From positions 9,052,001 to 9,116,000 of the forward strand of contig CM075994.1 in NCBI GenBank assembly GCA_038087875.1: DNA of 64,000 bases, given 5' to 3'. Below the pieces are notes generated by a model. That model saw only the letters and a list, made by a program, of their open reading frames with translations. It had not been told where the DNA came from and searched no databases. This DNA is from Malacoraja senta. Its lineage: Eukaryota. A program made the translations under genes and the position numbers. Positions 11,522 through 24,070 of this stretch are shown piece after piece (positions within the stretch are counted from its first letter, which is position 1; each line of letters starts with the position of its first letter).

Positions 11522-12890
11522 GTAAGTTTCCGTTATATTAACTTTGTCTTTAATGTTCTAAAAAACATTCTGAACACCGGCCACCACACGCCTCAACAAC
11601 AAAGCTTTGTCAGTTCAGATTTAGGCACATAAATTCATTATATATGTAGGAACCAGGGGGCACAGTTTAAGAATAAGGGGTAAGCCATTTGGGACTGAGA
11701 TGAGGAAAACCCGTAGAGTTGTGAATCTGTGGAATTCTCTGCCCGAGAAGGCAGTTGAGGCCAATTCTCTGGATGCTTTCAAGAGAGAGTTAGATAGAGC
11801 TCTTAAAGATAGCGGAGTCAAGGGATATTGGAAGAAGGCAGGAACGGGGTACTGATTGTGGATGGACAGCCATGATCACAGTGAATGGCCGTGCTGGCTC
11901 GAAGGACCGAATGTCTATTGTCTATTGCCCACACCGGCCAACACGTCCCAGCGACATTAGTCCCACCTGCGTGCGCTTGGTCCATATCACTCGAAACCTG
12001 TCCTATCCATGTACCTGTCCTATCCATGTACCTGCTTCTTACACGATGGGATAGTCCCAGCCTCCACGACCTCCTCTGGCAGCTTGCTCCATACACCGAC
12101 CATTTTTGCCATCGAAGAACAATCAAATTCCCTCTTAATTCACATGCCCGCTACGCTCACTCCGACTCCTCCAATTATCAGGGGTAATTTACAGCTGTTC
12201 ATTACCTATCAGGACGCACGTCTCTGGGATGAGAGAGGAAGCAGTAACGCCCAGGGGAAACGCAGGCAATAACATGGAGAACGTGCAAACTCCACACCGG
12301 TAATCAGCATTGAGACCAGGCTACTGGCCCTCAGAGGCAGTAGCTACTTCGGCTATTCCCTCAAGAAACCAAGGTGGAGATAAAGGGAACAGCAAATGCA
12401 GGGTTACAAACAAAAAGACGCAAAATGCTGGAGTAACAGCGGGCCCGGCAGTATGTCTGGAGAACATGGATAGGTCACATTGCGGGATGCTGAAGAAGGG
12501 TGCCGACCTGAAACGTCGCCTATCCATGGGGGTGGTAGATTGCAACCTTCACGTGGTCCGCCCTGTTTCGACGAATGCAATCAACCCGGCGTGCACAATC
12601 AAATAAGATCAAATAGAACAAGTTGTCCTACAACTTTAGGCAATGCACGACATATGCAAGAAGAAGAAGCCTATCCATGTTCTCCAGAGATGCTGCCTGA
12701 CCCGTTGACTTACTCCAGCACTTTGTATACTATGCCAGATTCCCACATCTGTTGTTCCTTTTCAGGCAACTGAAGTCTACGAATTGGTTTACGTTTTGAA
12801 TGGTAGTGGGAACATTTCTGTGTATAAGAATGGAAGGAAACAGAAATGAACTGGGAAGTAATTTGTGAACTTGATGTTTTATTCCTACAG

Positions 12891-13063
12891 AACAGAGCCT
12901 TCTAGAAAGCCCTGCGTGGAGATTACGTTGGCAGCTGCTGATAATGGGAGTGAAACTTGCAACGTTCATTGTGATCAACGTTATAATAGTCTTCATCATC
13001 CGCTCATGGGAGTCTTGTGGATTTGCCAGTCGTAGAAAAGAAGCCAAACAGGCTGGTCAAACG
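12891..13063 (+). CDS. Gene 1 stalk/TM exon with intramembrane lysine (activating type)
   Basis: Acceptor ttttattcctacAG; in phase with V-B; QSLLESPAWRLRWQLLIMGVKLATFIVINVIIVFIIRSWESCGFASRRKEAKQAGQT; donor ACG/GTAAGA. No ATG, so absent from the ORF track. Confidence 0.85.
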
Positions 13064-13179
13064 GTAAGAGGATTGCCAGCTGCATGTGTGGGTTGCATTA
13101 GCAACTGAGGTCACTGGACAACGGTGCATTTTATTGTCACCTGCGAGGTACTACCACAGTGAAAATATTTTCCTTATAA

Positions 13180-13410
13180 ACTTACCTTAACTTAAATTAA
13201 CTTAACCAAATGAAACTATACTTAAACATAACTTAACGTAACTTAACGAAATTAAACAAAAAAAATTAACCAAACTTTACTTAACTGAATAATAAAACTT
13301 AACTAATCTTAATCAAACCAAACCATTCTAAACCAAACAAAATAAAACTGACCTAAACTAAACTTAACTTAATTTAACTTAACTTAACGTAACTTAACTA
13401 ATCTAAAATA
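13180..13410. repeat. Degenerate (TTAAC/CTAAA)n AT-rich simple repeat in gene 1 intron
   Basis: Directly visible pentamer array. Confidence 0.85.
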
Positions 13411-14159
13411 CACTACCTTGGCCACGCTCATATTTCACTCCTACTGTCAAGAAGAAGATATCCGAGTCTGAAAACCGTGACCACAAGGTTCAAGAACAGC
13501 TTCTTCCCTCCAACGATCAGGCTCGTGAACATCACAGAAGGCTAGGCTCAACTATGAACATCTATGGACTTTCTTGGGTTGCACCAAGGATCTTGTATTT
13601 TCGTGTTTGCACTAGTTAGAAATTTATTGTTGGTTTAGTTTATAATATTTTATCTAAGTTAGTTGTATGTACAGGCCTATTACGCTGCTACCAGTAAGAA
13701 TTCCATTGACCGGTTGTCGGTACAACAAACTTAGATAAAATATAATAAACAGAACCAACAATAAATTTGTAACTAGTGCAAACCCTCTTGATTCTTGCAA
13801 CGTACACTTGCTGCAACAAAACAAAGGCAACATGGCAGGGAAAACCGAACCTGGCCAGAAATAAGGAACTCATACAGGACTTGGATGGTACATGGATAGG
13901 ATATGTTTGGAGAGACATAGGCCAAACGTAGGCAGGTGGGTTTAATGTGGCTGGGATATGTGGGCTGGTGTGGGGAAAGTGGGCCCTGAGAGCCAGTTTC
14001 CACGCTGTATCACTCTATGACTCTATGACTAAGAGTTATGTGGACACATAATTGACAGGAACTTTAATAACAATAATAGCAGTCAATTGTGTTCAATGCT
14101 ATTAATGTTTTTTGTGCCTGTCCTTGTGGTATACTAATGTATCTATTTTATTTTCTCAG

Positions 14160-14249
14160 ACCATAAATGTTGAACTCCCTACATATTTGAAAAAACTCAT
14201 CCAGCAGATCAAAGCAAGAAAAGCAAACCCATTACTGAATCTATATTAG
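14160..14249 (+). CDS. Gene 1 putative terminal cytoplasmic exon (no ITIM)
   Basis: Acceptor ctattttattttctcAG; phase 0 matches the TM-exon donor; TINVELPTYLKKLIQQIKARKANPLLNLY*; ATTAAA at 14324. Confidence 0.55.
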   Translation, partial: TINVELPTYLKKLIQQIKARKANPLLNLY

Positions 14250-15777
14250 CTCAGTCAGCTGTGCTGATACTGTTGTGGGTCAACACCCATTTGGGGTAAT
14301 GTAATTTGTGAAATCTTACACTCATTAAAACTCCTTCTTGTTTGTTCTTTCCTGGCAACAACAGATTCAAGTCAGAGTGGCTACATTTCAACACAGACCC
14401 AGGCGCTCCATTCTCTCAGCATATGACAGTCCCGCTATCCCGGGAATTAACCTTGTAAACCAACGTTGCACTCCCTCAATAGCAAGAATGTCTTTCCTCA
14501 AATTAGGTGATCAAAACTGCACACAATACTCCAGGTGTGGTCTCACTAGGGCCCTGTACAATTGCAGAAGGACTTCTTTGCTCCTATACTCAACTCCTCT
14601 TGTTATAAGGGCCAACATGCCATTCGCTTTCTTCACCACCTGCTGCACCTGCATGCCCACTTTCATTGACTGATGAACAAGGACTCCCAGATCCTGCTGC
14701 ACCTCCCCAAGCGACGATGCAATCTGAAGCGTCTTCACCCGGAACGTCACCCATTCCTTTTCTCCAGAGATGCTGCCTGACTCGCTGAGTTACTCCAGCT
14801 CTTTGAATCTATTTTCGGACAGTACACGTGCGTTCCATTTGCCATGGCCTGATGGATCTCCCGGTTGCAACTCTCCTTCCCATTCCCACACTGACTCCTC
14901 TGCCCTGGGTCTCCTCCATTGCCTGAGTGAGGCCATTGGAGAAACAGGACCTCATACTCCATCTGGGTAGCTTAGAACCCAATATTCAACTCTGAATTTT
15001 CTAATGTCAGGTAAATAACCTGCAACCCCCTCCGTCCCTTCCCCCACTGTTCCATGTGCCCCAGCTGGATATACACCCATTTCCCTTACCCGCCCCTTCC
15101 ACCAATCTTCCTTCCTCTGGTTCCGCAATCATATTTTCTGTTCACACCTCTAATTCCCTTATGGATTGCGCAATTGTATCAACCTCCCTTACCCTTTCAC
15201 GCAGCGAGTTTCAGATCAATGTGGCGCACTATTGTACCTGTATACGACTTGTATTGTTTGTATCATGTGGAGTGGAGAAGTTCACGTGTCGTATGAACAC
15301 TCATTTAATATTTACACACCGTTTAATAGAGAATAAACAATAGATGCAGGAGTAGGCCATTCGGCCCTTCAAGGCAGAACCGCCATTCAATGTGATCATG
15401 GCTGATCATCCCCAATCAGTACCCCGTTCCTGCCTTCTCCCCATATCCCCTGACTCCGCTATCTTTAAGAGCCCTATCTGGCTCTCTCTTGAAAGTATCC
15501 AGAGAACCTGCCTCCACCGCCCTCTGAGGCAGAGAATTCCACAGACTCACAACTCTCTATGAGAAAAAGTGTTTCCTCATCTCCGTTCTAAATTGCTTAC
15601 CGCTTAATATTAATATTAGTACCAAAGCGATGGCTGCCAAGTGAAATCTAGCTCTGTCGTCTGTTGCACCCCTTCGCCTGCCCAACCAGATCGGCGTTGA
15701 TTGTTCGGCCCAGATCACGCCAGTTCAGGCGAGAGTTCGAGCTCGGCAAACGAAGCTTCGAGACCAAAGTGGCTCGG

Positions 15778-15793
15778 CCACTAGATGGCGCCA
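15778..15793 (+). promoter_or_regulatory. CTCF core motif
   Basis: CCACTAGATGGCGCCA matches the vertebrate CTCF core consensus; lies in a small CpG-rich unique patch. Confidence 0.6.
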
Positions 15794-18700
15794 CAATGGT
15801 GTGATTTGACAGTGATTATTACAGGTTGTAATAATAGACCAATAATGAACACTTTGTTAATAGGATCTTGTTCATGTTCTTTAAATAATGACAACAATTT
15901 AACGCTGAGTGATGTGCGCTGAAAAGTTAGTAAAAGTCCTGCTGTATCCGAAACTTTAATAAGTCTCTTCTGTTGTATGGATGTCCATTCTACCGGTATA
16001 TACACGTATGTATCTCATAAGGTGATAAGGTCATAAGGTCATGGGATTGGATCAAAATCAGGTCATTTGGTCCATCAAGTCTACTCCGCCATTCGATCAT
16101 GGCTGATCTATCTCTCCTAACCCCATTCCACTGCCTTCTCCCCATAACCGCTAACACCTGTACTAATCAAAAATCTATCTATCTTTGCCTTACAAATATC
16201 CACAGATTTGGCCTCCACAACCGTATGTGGCAAATAATTCCACGGATTCACCACCCTCTAACTCATGAAATTCCTCACCATCTCCTTTCAAAAAGAACGT
16301 CCTTTAATTCTGAGGCCACGACCCCCGAGTCCTAGACTCTCCCGTAAGTGGAATAATCCTCTCCACATCCACTCTATCCAAGTCTTTCACTATTCAGTAA
16401 GTTTCAATGAGGTACCCTCTCATCCTTCTAAACTCCTGCTGGTATAGGCCCAGTCAAACGCTGATCATATGTAATCAAACTCAATCCTGGGATCATTCTT
16501 GTAAATCTCCTCTGGACCCTCTCCAGAGCCAGCACATCCTTCTTCAGATATTGGTCTTGTAGAATCCTATAGCTCCTCTCCTTGGCGTTCACTACAACCC
16601 GATCTCAGATAAAACATTTCCAATCTCCGCAATGTGTTAACAAACAATTTGAAATATTGTTTGAAATTAAACCAAGGAATATATACAAGTACAATATTCA
16701 GCGGCAGAAAAGCAGGTTCGATCCCTACTACGGGTACTGTCTGTACGGTGTTTGTTCGTTCGCCTCGGGACATGCGTACGATGGCTCCGAGATCTCCGGT
16801 TTCATCCCACACTCCAAAGACATACAAGTTTGTAGGTTAATTGGCTCAATATGAATGAAAATGGTCCCCAGTGTGTGTAGTGTAGTGTTAATGTGCGGGG
16901 ATCGCTGGTCGGTGCGGACTCGGTGGGCCGAAGGGCCTGTTTCCGCGCTGTTCTCTAAACACAACTAAACTGAACGAAACTAAAAGTAATTGAATCTCTG
17001 AATAGGTGACGTTTCGGGTCAGAACACTTATTCAGACATTGTGTCTTTTTTTGTAAACCTACACTTGCAGTTCCTTGTTTCTACAATATATACAGCTGGT
17101 TCTGCTATAACTCGATATCTGTTTCTTGAAGCAACCTCGCAATTATGTCAATTGGAAAATAGCGTTTGGGCTCGAGTGTTTCTGAACTTAACGCTTAACC
17201 CCCCAGGCAATTCCCCAAAATAATGATTTTTTTCCATAGCTAAAATACATTTATATCTGTATTACTGCAAGCTAAAATACTAATGTTACATTGTTAAATC
17301 GAGTATTGTTGTACAAGACTTGTAAATTTCAATAGCTACCTGCAGCGAAATCGACAGTCTGTGTTCTTAAGAAACAATTATCACTGATTACTGCAGGGAG
17401 GTTACATGGAAACGGGTTTTCGTTATCCCCGACTGTTTTTCCACAAGGCCAGTTGTTTTCCTGCATGTAAATTTGCATAATAGTTTTCAAGTGGTTCTCA
17501 AGCATCAGTCGAGTCAATCGCGTTGTGGAAACACTGATTATGCAGAAATATCCTGCATTGTGAAACATTTCGGGGATTTTGCTACTGACATCAGCACAAA
17601 GGTTTTGCAATTCAAACATATTGCTCTCACGTTCCTTACCAAACACCGTGGCAAGAAATGCATGGCCACGGATCAAACAGCAGGATTTCAGTTATCAGTT
17701 TAGTTTATTGACACGTGTACCGAGGTAGAGTGAAAAGCTTTTGTTGCGTGCTAATCATTCAGCAGAAAAACAAAACATGATTACAATCGAGCCATTTACA
17801 GTGTATGTATACATGATAAGGGAATAACGTTTAGTGCAAAGTAAGATCCAGTAAAGTCCGAGCAATGATAGTCCGAGGGTCACCAATGAGGTAGATCGTA
17901 GTTCAGCGCTGATCTAAGGTTCTGGTAAGATGGTTTCGTTGCCTGATAACAGATGGGAAGAAACTGGCGCTGAACTGAATTGAAATTTACGTTTCAACTC
18001 ATTATAAGCGCAACATAAAAGTTAATAGAAAAGTAGACACATAATGCTGGAGCAACACAGCGGGTGAGGCAGCATCGCTGGAGAGAAGGAATGGTCGACG
18101 TTTCGGGTCATCCTTCTTCAGACTGATGTCAGTGGAGCGGGCGGGACAAAGATAGAATGTAGGCGGAGACAGTAAGACTCGGGAGAACTGGGAAGGGGGA
18201 GGGGATGGAGAGAGAGAGCAAGGGCTATCTGAAGTTAGACAAGTCAATTTTCGTACCGCTCGGGTGTAGGTACCCTAGCAAAATATGATGTGCTGTTCCT
18301 CCACTTTGCACTTGGCCTCACTCTGACAATGGAGGAGGCCCTGGACAGAAAGGTCAGATTGGGAATGGGAGGGGGAGTTGAAGTGCTGAGCCACCGGGAG
18401 GTCAGGTAGGTTTAGGTTAATAGAAAAGTGGTCGTTGAGGGTGGCACAGTGGCTCAACGGTAGCGTTGCTGCCTTACAGCGCCACGTGACCTGGGTTCCA
18501 TCCTGACTACGGCTGCTGTCTGTATGGAGTTTGTACATTATCCCGGAGACCGCGTGGATTTTCTCCTGGTGCTCCGGTTTGCTCCCACACTTCAAATACC
18601 TACAGGTTTGTAGGTTAACTGGCTTCGGTATAAATTGTAAACTTCCCCCGGTGTGTAGGATAGAAATGTTTAAGAAAGAACTGCAAATGCCGGTAAAATC

Positions 18701-20319
18701 GAAGTTAGACACAAAATGCTGGAGTAACTCAGCGGGTGAGGCAGCATCTCTGGAGAGAAGGAATGGGCGACGTTTCTTCAGTCTGAAGAAGGGTCTCGAC
18801 CCGAAACGTCGCCAATTGTTTCTCACCAGAGATGCTGCCTCACCCGTCGAGTTTCTCCAGCATTTTGTGTCTATCTGTAGGATAGAACTAATGGATGGGG
18901 AGATCGTTGGGCGGCGCGGACTCTGTGGGCCGAAGGGACTGTTCCCGCGCAGTATCTCTAAAGCCGCTAATGTCTGAAGACCCACTAAAACAGTTTACTG
19001 CATTTTATCAACTGTCCCCATTCCTGCAAAAGGTCGTCATTGGTACTGTCCTCATCAAAGGAGACAGTTTCTTGTCCAGGGATTGACACTTGTCCCAGAT
19101 GAAGCAGCGATTCCCAGCATCTGTTTAGTGCTTTCCTAAGATATTGTCTATTTTAGTTAGAGAAACCGAAAGCGGTTTAGAGTCAGAGACTTAGAGTGAT
19201 ACAGTGTGGAAACAGGCCCTTCGGCCTAACTTGTCCGTAGCGACCAATATATCCCATACAGTACATTCTATCCTTGTCTCTCCCCCACCCCTGACATCAG
19301 TCTGAAGGGTCTCGACCAGAAACGTCGCCCATTCCTTCTTTCCAGAGATGTCGCCTGTCCCGCTGAGTGACTCCAGCATTTTATGTCTACACATCTACAC
19401 TAGGCCCACCTGCCTGCGTTTGCCCCATATCACTCCACACCTGTCCTATCCATGTACCTGTCTAATTGTATCTTAAACGTTGTGATAGTCCCTGCCTCAC
19501 CTACCTCCTCTGGCAGCTTGTTCCATACACCCACCAGCCTTTGTGTGAAAATGCTATCCCTCAGCTTCTTGTTAAATCTTTTTAGTTTAAGTTTAGTTTA
19601 GTTTAGTTTGGTTTAGTTCAGTTTAGGTTGGTTTTGTTCCATTTAGAATTAAAGCGTGGAAGCAGGCCATTCGGCCCACCGAGTCCACGCCGTCCATCCA
19701 TCAGCCGTTCACGTTAGTTCTGTGTTTTCCCACGTATCCACTCCCTACCCACTGGGGGCGATTTATCTAGGGCCAATTAGATCCTCAAACCCCGCACGTC
19801 TTTGGGATGTGGAAGGAAATCCACGCGGTCACAGCGAATGCGTGCAAACTCCACACACACTGCACCCGAGGTCAGGATCGAACCCGGTTCTCTGGCGCTG
19901 CGAGGCAGCGGCTCTACCAGTTGCGCCACCGTGCGGTCTATTTTACCATAGGATACGATACGATAGAACTTAATGTATCCCAGGAGGGAAATTGATCTGC
20001 CAACTGTCATAACAGCACAAAAACACATAGTACATGAAACATGAAATTAAAGTGACGAGTGGAAAGGATTGGGGATGTGCAAAGATTGAGATGGGGGGAG
20101 GGGGGTGCGAGGAGTTAGTTTCAGTCTCAGTCTACCCCACGACAGAAGGGGGAGGAGTTGTACAGTCTGATAGCCACTGGGAAGAAGGATCTACTGCAGC
20201 GTTCTGTGCTGCAACTTGGTGGAACAAGTCTGTTGCCTGCCCTCCAAGGCCACCTCCCATGAATCCAACTCCGCCCCCACGACGGTGCCAGCCTTCCTGC
20301 TGAGTTTTAGCTGGAGAAA

Positions 20320-20520
20320 CCTAAGGCATGGCAACCACACAGAATTTGCCCGCGTCCTCAACATGGTTTACGGAAGCTAGAATTGTGCCGGGTGCAGATA
20401 AGACTGGATGTTGATAAGACTTCTCTGTTTTTGTAGCTCGGTGCTTCGCCCCCCGTAAGAAGTTCAAGTGCTGCTTTATATCCAACGCTGCCGTTGCGCG
20501 ACAATTGATTGGGGGTAAGT
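20320..20520 (+). promoter_or_regulatory. Candidate promoter and non-coding first exon of gene 2
   Basis: AACCACA (RUNX) 20333, CGGAAG (ETS) 20371, AGATAA/TGATAA 20396/20412, strong donor GGG/GTAAGT at 20515; the leader exon has an acceptor that needs an upstream exon. Confidence 0.3.
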
Positions 20521-20779
20521 ACCGGAATATCGAGTTGCCCTCGGGAGGGCGTTGGGAATATTGTGTGTTTATGGTGGTGGCTTCAACCAGTTTAGTTTAA
20601 TTTAGAAATACAGTGCGAAAACAGACCCTTCGGGCAGACTGCACCCGTGGTCGGGATCGAACCTGGGTCTCTGGCGCTGTAAGCGCTGTAAGGCAGCAAC
20701 TCTACCGCTGCGCCACCATGCCGCCAGTGTAATGCGGGGAAGACTGAGTGTTGGTGAATGAGTTACCATGGAGGGGGTT

Positions 20780-20990
20780 CATGGATGGAAGGGGAGGGGG
20801 AGTAGGGAGAGGAGGAAGGGGGTGGGTAGATGGAGGCAGAGAAGGGGAGAGGGGGGTGGGAAGAAAGAGGGGAGAAAGAAGGGCGAGGGAGGAGAGGGGG
20901 AGAGGTGGTGAGAGAGAGCGGGAGAGAGAGGGGGACGAGAGGGGGAGAGGGGGGAGAGAGGGAGAGGGAGAGGGAGGGAGGGGAAGAGAC
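20780..20990. repeat. Polypurine (GGAGA-rich) tract
   Basis: Near-continuous G/A low-complexity sequence. Confidence 0.9.
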
Positions 20991-22119
20991 TGTTACACGT
21001 TATTTATATTTAACTTATCTTGTTTGTGTATCGAGGAGCGCGGGGATTTGAAGACTGTGTACGGAGAGAACAATCTCTTAAAATGGCGGAGTCAGGGCAT
21101 ACGGGGAGAAGGCAGGGGCGGGGTACTGATTGTGGATGATCAGCCATGGTCACATTGAATGGCGGTGCTGGTTCGAGAGGCCGAATGGCCTACTCCTGTA
21201 CCTATTGTATGTTGTCTATTGCCTGTTTCAGTTTAGCACCGTAACTTTTGTGCACGTCTCCCGTTTCCCATTCCCCAGACTCTCAGTCTGAAGAAGGGTC
21301 TCGACCCGAAACGTCACCCATTCCTTCTCTCCAGAGATGCTGCCTGTCCCGCTGAGTTATTCTCGCTTGTTGTGTCTTTGCCGTGGTTACCCCTTTTTGC
21401 TTTTAACAGAGTCATGGACGCATACGGAATGGGATCAGGCCCTTCGGCCCAACTTGCCCACACCGACCAACATCGTCCCATCTACACCAGTCACAACTGC
21501 CTGCGTATCCGCCATGTTGACTACCCCCCCTCCCCCCCGCAATTCGTGTTCTAGTTGGAGAGTGGAGAGTGTGCTCTTTAAGCCCCCCAACTCCGCGAGA
21601 TATCAAGTTGGTGGACACATTTGTAAACCCTGTGAATGCAGAAGGGCGGTAAATGCAGAGGAACTAAACAACTTGGCGTTAACCAGGCTGCAGATGCGGT
21701 CTCCTCGAAATACATTTCTACACGTCGTTACTAATCACACACATCTTTTCTTACGATATAATCACAAAATTTAGGAAGTTTAATTGCCTGCTTGTGAGGA
21801 AGTGAAACTAGTTGTGAGCAATCTTGATGATTTTGTTTTAATTTCATGAGAAAAGATCAGAATATCTTTAGCTTGCTTCCTCTTGCTTGAGGTCCACTGT
21901 ACCCCTATGTTGATATGATGATCGGCCCTGTTACTAGGGATACGGGATCCAATTCTCCACGTTTCATCTAGACCCTGAGTGCTGTCTGAATAGAGTTTGC
22001 ACATCTCCCAATGAACTTTTAGGGGTTTCTTGTATGCTCCAGTATCTTGGTTTAAGGCTAAATGGCTAGTAATTTTGTCCCATGTGAACAAGGAACTATA
22101 AAAATAAAAGAGTAGAAGT

Positions 22120-24070
22120 ACAACATAGCAAAGATAAGCGGGAAGCCTGAGGATTAGGTAACGTTTAAAGAGCAACAGAATATAACTAAAAAGGCAATAC
22201 GGGGAGAAAAGATGAGGTACGAAGGTAAGCTAGTCAAGAATATAAAGGAGGTTAGTAAAAACTTCTTTATGTGAAGAGGAAAACATTACTTAGCAGCAAA
22301 TTTGGACCCCTGAAGAATGAAAAGGGTGAATTTATTATGGGGAACAAGGAAATGGCAGATGAATTGAACAGGTACTTTGGATCTGTCTTCACTAAGGAGG
22401 ACATAAACAATCTTCCTGATATTGTAGCGGCCAGGCGATCTGGGGCGACGGGAGAACTGAAGGAAATCTACATCAGGCAGGAAATGGTGTTGGGCAGACT
22501 GATGGGACTGAAGGCTGATGGTCTGCATCCCAGGGTACTTAAGGAATTGGTTCTAGAAATCATGGACGCATTGGTGATAAATTTCCAATGTTCTATAGAT
22601 TCAGGATCAGTTCCTGTGGATTGGAAGGTAGCTAATGTTATCCCACGTTTTAAGAAAGGCGGGAGAGAGAAAACAGGGAATTATAGACCAGTTAACCTGA
22701 CATCGGTGGTGGGGAAGATGCTGGAATCAATTATAAAAGATGAGATAGCCGCACATTTGGATAGCAGTAACAGGATCGGTCCGAGTCAGCATGGATTTAC
22801 GAAGGGAAAATCACGCTTGACTAATCTTCTGGATTTTTTTGACGATGTACCTCGGAAAATCGACAATGGAGAACCAGTGGATGTAGTGTACCTGGACTTT
22901 CAGAAAGCATTTGATAAGGTCCCACATAGGAGATTAGTGGGTAAAATTAGGGCACATGGTATTGGGGGTAGAGTGCTGATATCGATGGAAAATTGGTTGG
23001 CAGACAGCAAACAAAGAGTAGGGATTAACTGGTCCCTTTCAGAATGGCAGGCAGAGACTAGTGGGCTATCCCAAGGCTCGGTGCTGGGACCGCTGCTATT
23101 TAAAATATATATTAATGATTTAGATGAAGGGATTACAAGTAACATTAGCAAATTTTCAGATGCCACAAAGCTGCGTTACAGTGTGAACTGTAAGGAGTAT
23201 GCTATGAGAATGCAGGGTGACTTGGACAGGTTGAGTGAGTGGGCAGATGCATGGCAGGTGCAGTTTGATGTGGATAAATGTGAAGTTATCCACTTTGGTA
23301 ACAACAACAGGAAGGAAGATTATTATCTAAAGGGTGTCAAGTTGGGAAAAGAGGAAGTTCAACAGGATCTGCGGGTCCTTGTTCATCAGTCAATGAAAGT
23401 AAGCCTGCAGGTACAGCAGGCAGTGAAAAAAGCGAATGGCATGTTGGCCTTCATAACAAGAGGATTGGGTATAGGAGCAAAGAGTCCTTCTGCAGTTGTA
23501 TAGGGCCCTAGTGAGACCACACCTGGAGTTTTGTATGCAGTTTTGGTCTCCAAATTTGAGAAAGGATATTCTTGCTACTGAGGGAGTACAGAGTAGGTTC
23601 ACAGGGCTAATTTCCGGGATGGCGGGACTATCATATGATGAGAAAATTGAGCGACTGAGCTTGAAAACTCTGGAATTTAGAAGGATTCCCATCTTATTGA
23701 AATATATAAGATTATTAAGGTTTTGGGCACGCTAGAGGCAGGAAACATGTTCCCGATGTTGGGGGAGTCCAGAGCCAGGGTCCACAGTGTAAGAATAAGG
23801 GGTAAGCCATTTAGAACGGAGATGAGAAAACACTTTTTCACGCAGAGAATTGTGAGTCTGTGGAATTCTCTGCCTCAGAGGGTGTGTAGGGCGGTTCTCT
23901 GGAAACGTTCAAGTGAGAGCTAGATAGGGATCTTGAAGATAACGGAGTCAGTGGATATGGGGAGAAGGCAGGAATGGGGTGCTGATTATGGATGATCAGC
24001 CATGAACACATTGAATGGCGGTGCTGACTCGAAGGGCCGAATGGCCTACTCCTGCACCTGTTGTCTATTG
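22120..24070 (+). mobile_element. CR1/HER1-like LINE, 5'-truncated, degenerate
   Basis: ORF 22271-23503 (RT motifs) and downstream fragments; (CTATTGT) tail. Confidence 0.93.

Noticed and set aside
17471-17478. Octamer ATTTGCAT as an Ig-type promoter element
   Set aside because: Expected by chance in 64 kb, altered in the paralogous arm and far from any exon.
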